The position numbers and the translations under genes were made by a program. A stretch of DNA of 64,000 nucleotides, taken from Camelus ferus (taxonomy: Eukaryota). Every line of letters begins with the position of its first letter. Positions within the stretch are counted from its first letter, which is position 1. The notes under the pieces were generated by a model. That model did no database searches and had not been told where the DNA came from. It worked only from the letters and a program-made list of their open reading frames with translations. Of this stretch, positions 21,061 to 35,154 are shown in pieces. The stretch covers positions 22,446,001-22,510,000 of the forward strand of contig NC_045696.1 in NCBI RefSeq assembly GCF_009834535.1, written 5' to 3'.

Positions 21061-24000
21061 TGAAACATTTAATTATTGATAAGCATTATTTACTTCCTCC
21101 CTAGTTTTCAGTCATGTGGCAGATAGTGGAGATGCTTAGATAACACACAAGTGTATTTTACCTAGGGCTCCATAAATACTATATTCTAATTTATAGGGGG
21201 CTAATTTTCTTCATGTTTTGAAATGAATGTTTTGTACTTACCTTTGAATGTTTTACTTATCTCAACTCTAAAGCTCTTGAAGTTGTCTAGATAGTAGAAT
21301 GGATATTTGTGATGTCTTGTCTTTTTTTTTCTTGATGACATTTTAGTGCTGTGAAGTAAAGGGGGTCAGACATTAATGGTAGAACATGTACAGCTTACTT
21401 GAAACCAAGTCTCTGAAGTACCCCAAGAGCTGACCTGACAAGCTTTTGCAGAGCCAATGCACAGCAATCATTTAACAAGAAAAATCTGACACTTTGCACT
21501 TGCCTACGGTGACAAAGAAAATGGAATTGCCCCTCATTTGATTGCTCCATGGGGGTTATACAGATGTTTATGGGTATTCTGTAAAGAAATCATGATTTCT
21601 ACTTTTAGAAATTCATGATCAAGTTTATCTTCTTATCTGTGGAGAGCTTGGAGAAGAAACGCATCAAGTTAAAGAAAAAAAAGCCAAAAACTTGAACAAA
21701 GTTTGTCTATTTAGGTAAAATGGAATTTCACTGAAACAATGGAATTTAAAATTCAAATGTCCGCAGAGCAGTTGCAGTTATCATTGTTTCCACTAAGGTG
21801 TGCTAGATCCCCGGACATTACTCCTGCTCTCCTTGTGCTGCCAAACGTACTGCACTGAATTCAGCAGTGCTCGCCGCCTTTCCGGGGCTGCCAAGCCCTC
21901 TGCCACACAGGAGGGTTTTGAGCTGAACAACAATGTATTGCACACAAATTCAGCTAAAATACAAAAGAAGACAAGAGACCATGGAAAAATTTTTAAATGA
22001 GAAGGACAAACAGCATTCTGAACGGGTGATTTTTACAAACAGATTTCGATATTGGCTTTGATTTTTGTAGAATAATTTGGTTTGAGAAGTTCTAGAAGGT
22101 TAATTTCAGTTTTCGGGCAATTTTTCTTCTCATAAAACTCTTTAGTGTACTATTATTTATAACTGGTGCTACGAATGTAAGTTATCTTTGTTTTAATTGC
22201 ACACCAATCTGACTCTATCATTATTCATATGATTTAAATCCCTATTGGTTTCTGAGATCATCTAGTGAAATTTGAAAAAACAATGAACACAAAAGAGCAG
22301 TTCTAAGTAACTATTTCAAGCAGGAAGTGAGACAGATTTGGAAGCATAATGAAAATTTTTTTTTTGTGGATAGAAAGAAAAATTAATTCTTTTTATTTGC
22401 AGAACTGAATTTAACTTTTTCCAGGTCTTAAAGTTACCAACCAAAAATTTAGCTATTTTGTGAAAAGGTTTCTACATAGTTGGTAATCTAATGGTAGACT
22501 CTGAAATGTTTGCCAGGAGAATATGCCAAATTCTCCCATAGACCAAATACAGATTCTGCAGATACCATTTTACATGTACACCTTGGTTTGGAAGCACTAG
22601 TACATATGCAAAGAACTTCTTTGGGCTATATATTTGGAATATGCTCTGGAGCTTTTTTCTTTTCTTTATGTTACAGTGCTTTCAGTTAAAAAGATAATTT
22701 ACACCTCCCTGCCTCCAAACCAATGTTATCGTCAACTTCTGCAGCTTGGCTGCTTATGTGATTTGGTTTCATAACTTTGATTATATTGACTGACCATTGT
22801 GATCAACGACCATTTTAATAATAATTTAAAATGTCAGCTCTAAACATAAATTAGTCTTAAAGAAAATCTCAAATACTATAGCAGTTAATCTTAAATTGTT
22901 GGCATGGTTTATGTGGGCAAGAATTACTTTATATTCAGTTAAACACCTGGGAATCAATTGATAAGTAACTGCTTAGTTATAGGTTGTTCTAAAAAATAAC
23001 ATTTTTTGAGGGGACTGCACTGCAAGCTTTCCACCAAAATAAGATTTCTTTATAGATAAACGCTATGGTTATAGTTCCATAGTTACATCATCAAATAATA
23101 CTGTCTTCTATACCCAGACCAAATTTCACAATCTTTAAAAAATCTTTGTCTGTGATAAGACTCCTATTGTTTTGATGAATTTTCAAAATAATGATAGTGT
23201 GCAAGTAATCAAGTGAGTGAATTTTCATGTATATAAATGAGTTCCTGAAAGATTTCATTTGCCTGTTCAGGAAAATGACATGTTTTGTCATTCTTCTGCC
23301 TTCTTATCTGGTTATTAAGTTAATGAGTTGGACAAATGTAAAACGTCATCTGTACTTTTGCTGAGATTTGTTGTTTAAATAATTAATAGTAGAATAATCA
23401 GGAAGCAATTCAGGATTGTAAAGTTTTTATGATGTTAACCCACAAAACCCTTTCATTTGTGAGATCCTCTGAGTTGATTTATTGAAACAATTGTCTCCAT
23501 AATTATTGCCTGCTAAATAATGGTGATTAATTGCTATTTCCTAAATCTTTAGATAAGGGAGGAAGAGTCATTGAACCCACTTTGAGTATATCTAAGGAGA
23601 AATTATTCTTCTACAGAACACAAATATAAAGCAGATTGAACCCTTTATGCCTGGTGTTAACTGCAAGTTGTTTAAAATACTTTCTAGAAACAAAGAGGGA
23701 TGAATTTTGAATACCACAGAGCTAAAAGCTAATGAGAGAAAATTAGGATCGTGCCAAAAGTGTCTAAGCATACTACTTACTTGTTAAAGTGATACAAAAG
23801 GCAAATGAAAATCTTGAGCATTTAGAACACCAGAAACTCCTGCTAAATGGAAACCACGGTGTTATCTGAGGGTGGACTGACTCAGAATTTGGGAAGGCTC
23901 GTCAATGGTGCTTGACTTTCATTGAGATTCAGCATTTCATCTTTTTTAGTTTAGATTTAGGATATTCATGTGTTTTCTAGGAAGTTGGGCCTGTTTGAAA

Positions 24001-26059
24001 TTTAATTAGAAATGTGGAAACTCCATCAGGGATATTTAGACCAATTAATGCTGTTACTTAATATGAAAAAATAATTAAAGAAAAACCACCTCATTCCTAT
24101 TTGATAAGAAATAAGACTAGAGTGCTCCCTTGGAATGCTTTCCCAGAAATATTTAAAATAAATACAAGTAACTAATATGAATTCTATACAAAATATTTTT
24201 TTGAGAAACATGTGCATATATTACAGTAAATTTAGTTATTATTATTGTTGTTTGCTTGAGTAAATGAGATAAAGTGCAAGCCCTTTGTAAATTATAAAAC
24301 ACTACCCATCTGCATTTGAAGAGAAGTTTGTCTGGGTTTAATGTCTTGGTCACATTAAATAATGCTCACTATGTAAAGTCACTTCAAGCTTTGCTACAAA
24401 GCTGTTTTATTATTGAAACGAGCAATTCTGAACAGATTTTGGAGCAGGAATGGAGAAAATTGGTGGACAGAGGCATTGGAGCTAAGGGGAAGCTGGGGCT
24501 GAGTAGAGGCTTGAGGTGTGGGGTCCAAGAAGCCAAGAATCTAAGGACAGAGGAAGAGACCACAGATTGATCTATTTCACAAGTTTATAAGGATCTATCT
24601 GAGTTAAGTTTTCAAGTAGGAGAACTGTGTTACACTTATGGAATATTAAATATGGAAGGAGAAAAGCTGAAAAGAGCAAAATCCCAGATTGGGGGCCAGT
24701 GAGATTGGGTGGTGGTGTTGGCAGGGACCATATCTTGGAGGACACAAGTAATGCGGGTATTATGCGTGGAGCTTTAATCCCCAGAGAGCGAGGCAATTTA
24801 TAAAGATCTAGGACCAGAGAAAATATAAAATAAAATAGTAGGTCAAAAATGAGAAAAATATAGGATAGGATCTGAAATAATTGATAAAGGTGGTCTGCAA
24901 ATTTAGTTGTTATTTCTTGATACTCAAAGGAAATTATTATTTTTTTTTATCATCCTTAGAGAGAAATTATGCCAGTTTCTCAGGAGAAACAATTTCCTTT
25001 CACTGCGTTCTGAAAGAATTTTACTAACAGTTTATTACTTTGCATTAAGCTTTTAGTCTTTAACTTTTCTTTGAAAATGCAAACACCCAAGGAAAATACG
25101 TGCTATACTGAGTCACTAATACCTGCAAATTATAAATAATTTTCTTGTGGCCTATGGTGGGAGGATGGGCTTAATTTTGCCAAGGGTGAGTGGTGGAATC
25201 AGTAAAACAATGGTTTATAATTTAGATTTCCCTTCCCCAGATTTTTATTAGCTCCAGTTCTGTGAGTTCAAGGTTACTATATTGGAAAAGAAATAAAACA
25301 CGTGATTATCTATAAAGAAAATTATTTAATGAAGATACTAAATGATAACTAAATTACAGTTTAGACACTAGGCACACAGGAACATTTTCGTGGTTGCTGG
25401 CTTAATCTATATCATCCATGTTGCCAATAGACCCTCACTTTTTAACAAGCAAAGACTGTGGATAAATTTTGAGAACACGCTTTCTAACTTGACGGGGTTT
25501 GCTGTTAGCTGATTCTGGGAAACCATTTTTTAAGAGAAGAGGTATCCAGAGATTTGCTTCCAGTTTGTCCTTCAGGCTGACTCAGTGGTAATTGGTGTTT
25601 ATTTAAGATATGGGCTATAATACACCTGCAGTGAATAATCTTTAGTATTGGTAATGAGAATTTGGTATGTGATATTGACTTGCATTCTTCTTCTTTTTTT
25701 TTTTTTAACCTTCTTCTCTCATGTTTATTGCCTCATATTCTGGAGAGTGCTGCTTATCCACTTTATTAACATTTTAATCATTAGAGCCAGAGAAAGCATT
25801 CTATTTCAGATCCCTGTGTGTTAGTTTTCTTTAATATTCTTTTTTGTTTTCTAAATAATTGATGTGCAAATAAAGAAAAAATAAATTGCATTTAAAAAGT
25901 CAAATAAACTTCACAACTCAATAGCAAATTAAAGGGTGAGACTGAGAGATAATGAGCTCTGACAACATCAAAACCATGAGTCGAAATATAAACCATATTC
26001 ATTTTTAGCTGTAAATATTACTTTTGTAATTAATTTTTAATGTTAGGGTCATGTGAGAT

Positions 26060-26063
<4 letters not shown>

Positions 26064-26106
<43 letters not shown>
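26064..26106. repeat. (TA)n microsatellite
   Basis: Read directly. Confidence 0.97.
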
Positions 26107-26112
<6 letters not shown>

Positions 26113-29100
26113 CATACACATATGAATAAATGACAGTTTTAATGAGCTATACATTTTGTATACTTTTTTCCTTTCTGAAGTGGGTTTGAAATAGTTGAAT
26201 ATATGGTTTTTTACTGTGATCTCAAAGGACAAAATTGCCATTTCCTCCCTAAGATGCCCAAATAGTCCAAAAAACATGAAGCAAATCAGTGTGTTTCTTC
26301 CGTCTGGTCTTTGTTAGGGAGCTGTTTAATGTCCCCGAGAAGCCTTGAAGATGCTCATCAGTTTGCTTCTATTTTATCTCCTGCTCAAAAATCCTTTGTT
26401 GTGACCATCCTCCAGTTAAAGAAGGAAAGATGGTTTCTTATTTTAATTGGTCAATGGGGAAATACCTGCCGTGTGACAAATCTTTTCTCTTTCACTGTGG
26501 AACACAGTATTTTGCTTTCTTGTGTTTCCTGTCCTTACTGTCTGGACCTGACATGTTTTGCCTATGACACGGCAGTAAGAAGGAGTTTCTTAGTATTAAT
26601 TTGTTGATACCTCACTTTGTATTAATTTTTCCAGCTATCTTCTTGGGAACCGTAAAACCACAGACTCAGTCTCTCAAACATGAATAGGAAATACTGCATG
26701 TGCATGAAATATTTCTTCCTCTCAAAATCTTTATCCAAAATAACTGCAAAAGTAAGAAAAGGAGAGAGAGAGTACTGAGTATGTGGAATGGAGAGATCTA
26801 GAAGCCCGCTGTGTGAGGAGCAGTGATATCATGAAATGCCAATGTGCTAATTCACTTCAGCTAATAAAGACGAAACTAACATTTCATGTTATGTGCAATA
26901 CCGGGGCTGTTCTCTCTTAAATGAATGTATTCCAGTGTTTTACTCAGTTAGCCAGAGGATCTACTGCCTGTTTATACTTAGAATAGGTAACAGTTATAAT
27001 ATTAAGCTATCTATTCCCTTTATCTTTTTTTAGGCAGAAAATTTTCCACTGATATTTTGTTGTCACTTATGTAATATGTGACAACAACAGGGTTTTTTTC
27101 CTCTTCTTAAAAAGTTCCAAGCATGAATATTTACTGTTTCTAATACTTTAATATGACGTTAAATGCTATATTTTTGTAGCTAATTTAAATGAATTCTTAC
27201 ATTTTTATAGCAACTGCTAATTTTGGCAACTGACTGAAAAACTTATATTCTAAAATAAAATACATATAAGTCAACCTTTAGCCTTCAAGTTTAATAAGCA
27301 AATTCTCATTTATGACTATAACGTCCAATGTTAATTTAAAATAGATATCTTTTTTTTTGCTCATTATTACTATTTTTTTTTGTAGAAGATTAATTGTTTT
27401 AGGTTCCAGTGTATTTTTGATAATAACTACATGGACATAAAAAATTATGTTCATTTACTTCTTTTCTTCCTGAATGGTAAAATTCTCTTTTAAGTTTTCT
27501 TAGTATTATTTCTGGAGAAAAACATACTCTTCAAACTTTCTCTGTGCAGAGATGAATTATAATGTTTGTCCTCAATGCATTCTCAACTGGAAAAGAGAAA
27601 GTCACACAGACAAATGTATAAGAACAAAAGGCTGCTTTCTTCCCCTCAGGACTGTAAAGGATTTCTGTCCGATAGTAAAAACCTAAAGTTAGAATTTATT
27701 GGACAGGGGATGGAGGGCATTCTCCATGGTTATGTTGGGATTTTCACAATTTTTCTGTTTAAAAATTTACCACAGACTTTCTGTGGCATTTATGAAGGAA
27801 AATACCATCCTCACTGTATGAAGTCATGAATACTATTTTATAGAGTGTTTTCTTCATAGCTTGAATTTTGAATTAATGCAGAAAAACTAAGGGAACCAAC
27901 ATAAAACAGTCTTATGTTTATGCAGACTTATTTAGTCAAAATATGGCATTTGTCTGAGGTAATATTTACACAGCACAGTCAGAAGAAAATTTCTTTTCCG
28001 TAGGATCTTCATAAAATAGTGTCTTAAGAGACAACTATTAAACTATGTACAAGCGTTGTTGGCTTTCAACTTTCTTCCTTATTAACCCGCTCCTTAGCAC
28101 CGCTTAGCAGTTCAGAGAAGGTCAGAAAATATTTTGCTCTCATTTTCATTTAGATTATTATAAACAACCTATTTATAGAAGTGAGTAATATATTCTTTAA
28201 CACATTTTAGTGTGTAATTCTGGACATAACTTTCTTTTAGGACTGTAGAAAGATGCTGTTACGTAAGGCCACTAAATAAATGCCACTGTGTCCTCTTCAT
28301 TAGCTGTGTCACAGACAGAAGAAAATGGTCAGCAGATGTTTGCTGTTAATGACCTTAGGATTCTTTATTTTGTGAAAGATTTTAAATACGTGAAATAAAT
28401 ATAAAAGTTTAGACTTAAATGCAATAAAAGCACATGCAGTATGCACCACTAAAGTTGTGTGTCATACTGTTTGAAAACCTGAAAGTTCAGAGGCAGCCTA
28501 AAAATTCAAGTAAAATTACATTTGCTACGGTATACATGCATCTTTTAAATTACTATCTTTTTTAAGGAATGTAGTGAATATAAATAGCTGTGGACGTTTC
28601 AGGCTTGTAATAGAACCCTTTTCTTATAATGCTGAAAAAAGATCTGCATCTTACTACTAAAACTAGTTTTTATTTTATGTGCAATATCGTTATTTCATGC
28701 AATGTTCTCAAAATATTCACCAAAGCCTATTATTGCAGACAGCAAACAGCTCTAAAAATGGGGTCACTGTTGGAGAGCACTTACAACACGTACCTAAAAG
28801 TAATAAAATTGCATGTTTAAACCTATAAAGATTTTTGCTTTACAAAGCAAAATGTTGAACTGATAGGTTAAGACACTGGTCTTATTTACATGCAGGAGAT
28901 TGATTAGTTTTGATAGATGTATCACGCTATCTATTTAGTTTAGATATTTAGAAATTCATAAAATAGAAGTGATAACACTCTTCTTAAACACTTTCAAGGG
29001 ATCTTAGGGGAAAAAAAGATTCTGATATTTGATTAAAATTCAGTAATGCAGCCTAATTTGGACTTGTCTAAATTCATGAATACTGTCTTTAAAAACAATT

Positions 29101-29724
29101 TTATTATTCTTGTGTTCGCAGGCAGGCAAACCAAATAAACCAAATGTTGCCTTTTTAAAGTTACTTTAATTACTAGCTAAGAGTCATTTGTAATTAGTCA
29201 TGTAACAATACATGCCTTTGCTTATATTGCAATTACCTGCATGAAAATAGAAACTTGTAAATTTGCAAAACAATGTTTTTCTTTAGGAAGAATTTTTTTT
29301 TCCCTTTGGAATTAACCTACAAAATAAGTTGGGTGAAAAAATTATTTACCCAACTTCTGACTGAATTAAAATATATTTGATACAAAGCAGCTTTGAACTA
29401 ATGAATTGTAGAGCCAGTGCATTTTCAAGTAAGAGCAACTTACGTGTTCTTTGTTGGGTGTTTTCTTTTAAGAGCATTTTATTTTTTCATACTTCTAGTT
29501 CTGTGATTCTTAGATTGGCCTCATCTGAAGTCCACATACAAAAACTCCCTACTGATACCTGAGATAAATTGGAGATAATTTGTTCTAAAAGGGATTCTTC
29601 ACTTTATGAAAATATTCACATCAGTATTACTTTGAATAATAATGTACTGTTGATATGATTTAAATACACACATTTTTAACTCATACATTTTTAAGATTAG
29701 AAGTCATTTCCAAGATCATTTAAA

Positions 29725-29882
29725 ACAGTGCCTTTCAAAGTTTAGTGCATAGACACATCACCTGGGGATATTGTTAAAATGCAGAATTATTTTAGTGCTC
29801 TGGGATGGGGCCTCAGATCCTGCATTTTCTAACATGACCCCAGGTGCTGCTGATCTAAGGACTATACTTTTAATTACAAGGA
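29725..29882. mobile_element. MER5A-like hAT MITE
   Basis: cagtgcctttcaaagtttagtgca...tcacctggggatattgttaaaatgcaga...ctgggatggggcc...ccccaggtgctgctgat. Confidence 0.85.
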
Positions 29883-30119
29883 TCTAAAGCATCTTTCTAA
29901 GTGCAGTTATTCTTGGGGTGATCTGATTGTTTTATAAAGCTTTTTTTTTTTTTTGTATCAAGATATACCATGGCCTGACTGTAATAGCAATTTTTTTCTA
30001 CATTAATATTTCTTGAAATGCTCAGAAGAGGGGAACCAACTATATTAATAACTGAATTTAAAGCAAATTAGTTTTTATAGACTCATCCTACTTCTGTCTT
30101 TTAAAACAAATTTGTTCTG

Positions 30120-30190
30120 ATTTGTGAACTTGGTTAAGACATTTTAAATCCCTGGGTTTTAGTTTTCTCATCTGTGAAATGAAGGTATGG
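30120..30190. mobile_element. MIR core fragment
   Basis: tgtgaacttggttaagacatttta...agttttctcatctgtgaaatgaagg. Confidence 0.7.
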
Positions 30191-30711
30191 AATAAAAAGC
30201 TGAGTCTGCAGTAGACATGCAAACATACTTGTTGCATGAAAAAAAGCCTCATTGTCAGCCTTATATTTTATGATTTTATAAACCAAGGGTGGGGTGCTTT
30301 CCTTGAAAAAAATGAAATGTAGGTCTAGATATTATTAATAAAGAAATAAATTGTACTCGTGTTTAAAATACACTAGGTTGAGCTTGCAGACAGAAAGTGA
30401 AAAGAAACACTTTGGCTGGGAATATATTAAAATTGTATTTTCAAGTGGCAGTGCTCTCTCAGCAACTGAGTCCCCAAAGTTCTGAGGAGTGGTCACCCAT
30501 ATATTGACTTTGTCTGAACTGACTTATCGCTGGAAAAATAGACATTCTCTTGCATGGTCTGCTTGAGGGACTGTTTGTTTAAAGCTGAAAGATGGACTCC
30601 AAGCCTTTTATTTCATTTATCTTTCCTGATTAATTTACAAAGCACAAAATATCTTAACCCATTAGGTACTATGCCTCTGTACCCTTCACCATGTATTTAT
30701 TCTTTTATTCT

Positions 30712-30905
30712 ATTTTTTATTGAAGTATAGTCAGTTTACAATGTGGTGTCAATTTCTGGTGTGCAGCAGAATGTTTCAGTCATACATACACATACATATA
30801 TTCATTTTCATACTCTTTTTCATTATAGGTTACTACAAGATATTGAATATAGTTCCGTGTGCTATACAGAAGAAACTTGTTTATTTATTTTATATGTAGT
30901 AGTTA
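30712..30905 (-). mobile_element. Short camelid-type L1 3' end
   Basis: Near-identical to the 3' UTR at 4995-5180 (attgaagtatagtcagtttacaatgt...gctatacagaagaaacttgttt). Confidence 0.93.
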
Positions 30906-32644
30906 TATTCTTATATTTGACTTATTTTCTCAGAGCATAGGCACTGTAATGCTTTATAGAAGATCTGTTATATGCACTATAGTTACAGACTCCAATGACT
31001 AAACCAAAAAGTGGTGAACGTGATTAAAAAAATGACACAAGCTATTTGAAATTATAATATCCAGGATGTATGTTCTTGCTCACCATAATTAAAAATAAAT
31101 TGGTCTTCCTTTCTATACCAGCTCTATATCTCTATAACTTCAATTATGTCCCCAAGAAATTTTTGAGTTATTTAACTCAAGAGTTTCTGAGGACAGATTT
31201 TCCGGGTGACTTTTTTTGTGTGGGTACCTTTCAAGATGAACACTGGGGGTGAGGAAAGGTTTAGGGATGGGCAAAGTAATTAGTAATGGAAAATAACACC
31301 ACATGCCTGTTTTAGTCTTCTTTTTCTAACTGGCCAGAGCTGAGTCATGGGTGATGGATATGCTATCTTTAGTAGGTTCAACCTGGCGAGTAGAGGGGAG
31401 CATATGGAAAGCTTCTCTTGTGTTTTAACAAATAAGAATTTGGATTTAAGAGAAATTGTTTTTAAGGGAAAAATGTTCTCAGGGTGGCAGTTCAGCTAGT
31501 GGGAACCCATATGACCACACTAGTGGTTTAAAAAATACTGATATACCTGTCTTTTCTCCATTGTTAAATGACTATCTTTTGAGGCCTCCGCCAACCACTC
31601 CCCACTCCCCCACTCTCCCCTAGAGCCTTCCCATGTCCTTGGCTGACTTGGCCTCTCTTCCAGGCCCCAGTTATTTAACCAATATTTTAAAATATTATCT
31701 TTGAAAATCTCAATTTAAATAGCACCTGTCTTCATATTCTAGAAAAAAAGAAACAGCATCGAAGAAGGGAAAAGATGGCCACGCACTTTCAAAGAAGAAA
31801 ATATTATGTATATATATAAAGGCAAATAAGTAAGTTAAGCTCGCTGGCTGTGTCCATGATAGTAACATTTCTTTGACTGCTATTATCAATGAAAGTAGAC
31901 ACTAGAAAAAAACTGGCAACAGAAATTTCCTTGCCAATCTGAAATGAAAAGCTTTTCCAAATGCAAAAGGACAAGACCAGGAGAGGCTACTCCCTCACTT
32001 TCCAAATCTTTGATGCCCTCTTAAGAAAGGTGATTCTGGGACTGAAATAATAGCATCGTCATATACCTTTTAAAAATTCACAGGATGATCTTCATCAAAC
32101 TTGTCTACTTACAACGTCAGTTTTGGGATAAGTTTAATTAGAGGTTGCCTACATGAGGTTATTTTAAAAGGTGCCTCTCCCTAAATATCTCCTCAACCAA
32201 ATGCCATGATCTCTAAAACTCATTCCTATTGAATTTTAGTTTTCTTTTCCAGTGACTTGAACATTCAGTGCAAATGCTCCTCTGAATATTACCAGGAATG
32301 GGCCATAACTCTGGCTCTCAACTCTTTCTCCAACTGTTACCTGGCATTGAGTGACCAAACATGAAGAGCTGAGCAGAGTTCTAGTGGATACTGATTGAGA
32401 GAAAAAGCCTTCCTGCTCCAAGACCAGTGACACCTATTTGAAAATGATAGTTACAAAAGAGCGTGTAATTCCAATGGCAAAAGGAGGCATCCCCTCGGGG
32501 AACATCTGCAAATGCTTGCCTAGTAAAGTTGAAACTCAACACAGAGAAGCTCAGGTTCATAATTTTTATGGGTATGTTCCTGTCTCAAACTTGAAAAGAC
32601 AAAAAGTAATTATTAGTTTGAAAATTAGTTAATGATGTTAGCTT

Positions 32645-32733
32645 TTTAAAAAAATAATTATTTTTTAATGGAGGTACTAGGGATTGAACCTAGAACCTTG
32701 TGCATGCTAAGCACATACTCTACCACTTGATCC
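32645..32733 (-). mobile_element. tRNA-Ala-derived SINE, short and 5'-clipped
   Basis: ggaggtactagggattgaacctagaaccttgtgcatgctaagcacatactctacc. Degenerate TSD ttaatgatgttagctt / ttaatgctggtagctt. Confidence 0.88.
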
Positions 32734-33069
32734 TTAATGCTGGTAGCTTGTATTAAGTGTAACGTTCTGTATTCCAAAGATTAACAATACTGAGTGATTT
32801 TGGAAATAACTCATTTCTAAAATCTCTGTGGCATTAGATAGAGTTGATCACATTATATTCATAATGAGAATTTCTTCTCCTGATTTCTTTGATATTATCC
32901 TGGTTCTCTATGAATACTAATTTTGTGTTTTTCCCTTTGCTGCCTTCTTTTGCTGTGTGTTTTTCTTCTTCCCACAATACCACAAATTTCTTTCCTTATA
33001 TCACTCCCCTACACAATTTGTTTTTATCCAATTCTTACCATTCAAGATTGTGCAGTTTTTTTATTGCTT

Positions 33070-33585
33070 CATGCAAATGACTCCCAGTTTGATAGCTCTT
33101 GTCCCTGACTTTGCTACAGAGCTCTAGCTACACATTTCCAACTGTCTACCAAACATCACTTTGTGCCTGTTCTATGGTTTCCTTATGCTAAAAATTTCTC
33201 AAGCCAGCTTTATCACTTCCTTCCACAAAAACAACTCATTATTCCTCAATTTCCAGTCTCTGCTACATATAAGACTTTTCCTCTCTCACTCATCCTGAAA
33301 AATATGGAATTTTGTTCCAGTTCTGCATCTCTGCCTGATCAGATACCTCCTTCCTTTTCATTAAAAAACTCTGCCTATCATTGCTTTAGTTCACAGCTTA
33401 ATACTGTTACCCATTCTTAGTTCAAGTGCTACTGAGAGATCTACTTGTGCACTTTGTTTTCCTGCATCAGGGGATTTAGAACCTATGTAGCAACAATTGT
33501 GACTTCCTACTTTTTAAGCCTGGGGCATGTAGCTTACTTAGTGCTTTAAGCATAGCTGATACTCATTAGATATTTGTTTAACTAA
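33070..33585 (+). mobile_element. L2 remnants
   Basis: atgcaaatgactccca...catttccaactgtctacc and an L2-like 3' end (catagctgatactcattagatatttgtt). Confidence 0.6.
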
Positions 33586-35154
33586 TTGTTTTATTATCAT
33601 GAACTCCATATTATAGGAGTAATAAAAATACTAAAACATAAAAATAATGCTCCAAGTTGGTCATTAAAACAAAGCATCAAAATATAACAAGCATTCTTTC
33701 ACCGGTTTGATTTAGGAAGGAGACTTGGCTAGCCAATGCAACTTCAGATTTTACATTGGAATTTCTTTAAATTCCTTGCCTTCAGTGTGACAAATCCTGT
33801 CTCACAAGATCGACTTTAATAATTTAAATGTTTCTTTGGGTTTTAGACTTGAAAGCTAAGTGTATGTGGGTGGAAAAGGATGATTCTGACTTGAGTTGAT
33901 AGGATTAAGAAACAACTCAGCTGAGTAAGCTCTTGTGGCTACGATTCACTTAAAATGCAAAGGGTAGACAGTTGTATAACTAATGCTAGGGACAGGGCCT
34001 AATTTTAAGTATAGGAGAGGGATTTAGATTACTAAATAGCACCTCACTTATGCAGTCAAAAATAATTTCGCTTTTTTTCCCAAAACAACAATTGAAAATG
34101 GCATTAGCTTTATAGCAGCCAATAAGGCTAGTACAACAATCAAGTTTCTTTATTCTCCATCTAAATACAAATCATATGACAAAACTGGGATGGAAAAAAA
34201 TAGATGGGAAAGCCCTTGGGAATTACAATTGCCAAGACATGAGCTTCTTAATATTCTGGTCAGCTTTTGCATCTGGCAATAACTTACTCTCAGCCGCTGC
34301 TTTCCCCAGTATTAATCACGCGGAGTCAGAGAGTTCCAGCATCTTCAGGTCCAGCATGATCTGGTTTTGGAGCCACTTTGAGACTAGGCTGGACAAACAT
34401 TCGTAGTCCATAATCATCCCTGGATGGAATTACTTGAACCTGGTCTGAATTGAGTTGTCTTCCTAATCATTATCTCTCTCCAGTATTCGCTTTTCTCCCT
34501 ATCCAGCTTAGATTCTGTGTATTAATAACTTTTCCAAATAAGTTTTTTTCTGTCTCAGGGCTAAATGGAGATCAAAAGTGACATCAAGTTCAGTTAGAGA
34601 AAAACAAAATATTACATTATTTTTCACAATAACATACGTACAATTTTAATACCTCTCTAAAAATGGCAAAATTGCCTTTCCTCTTCTGTCTGTTACCACA
34701 CCTGTCCAGCAAAACAGCAACCCTGCATCAAACCAAATATCTGCTTTCTCTGAGCATGTGCATGAACAAATGAGCACTACTAGAGAAAATCATCAGCTCA
34801 GCCAGGTGCTTCTTACACAAATTCATTAGTTCCTTACTTGGATCCTAAATACTGTCCAGCAGGCCTGTTACATTTTACTGGCCAACTCTCTCCCACTTGG
34901 TGCAGAAATGTTTTCAAAACTTTTCTGTTCTAAAGCTTCTGGATGCAACCTTGTTGCATTTCTTTATATGGTATATAGAAAACATGAGGTGAATTTCTCA
35001 GCTTTTCATCACTAAATCTGTACATTTGCCTACACATTGATGCACTGGCATTCATCTCTTCCGTCCTCCTCTACAAAGCATGAATTATCCTTCTTCCTAG
35101 CTAAGGTCCAATCCTCTACTTCTTGGTTTCTGATCATATTCTTTCTAGTTTTAT

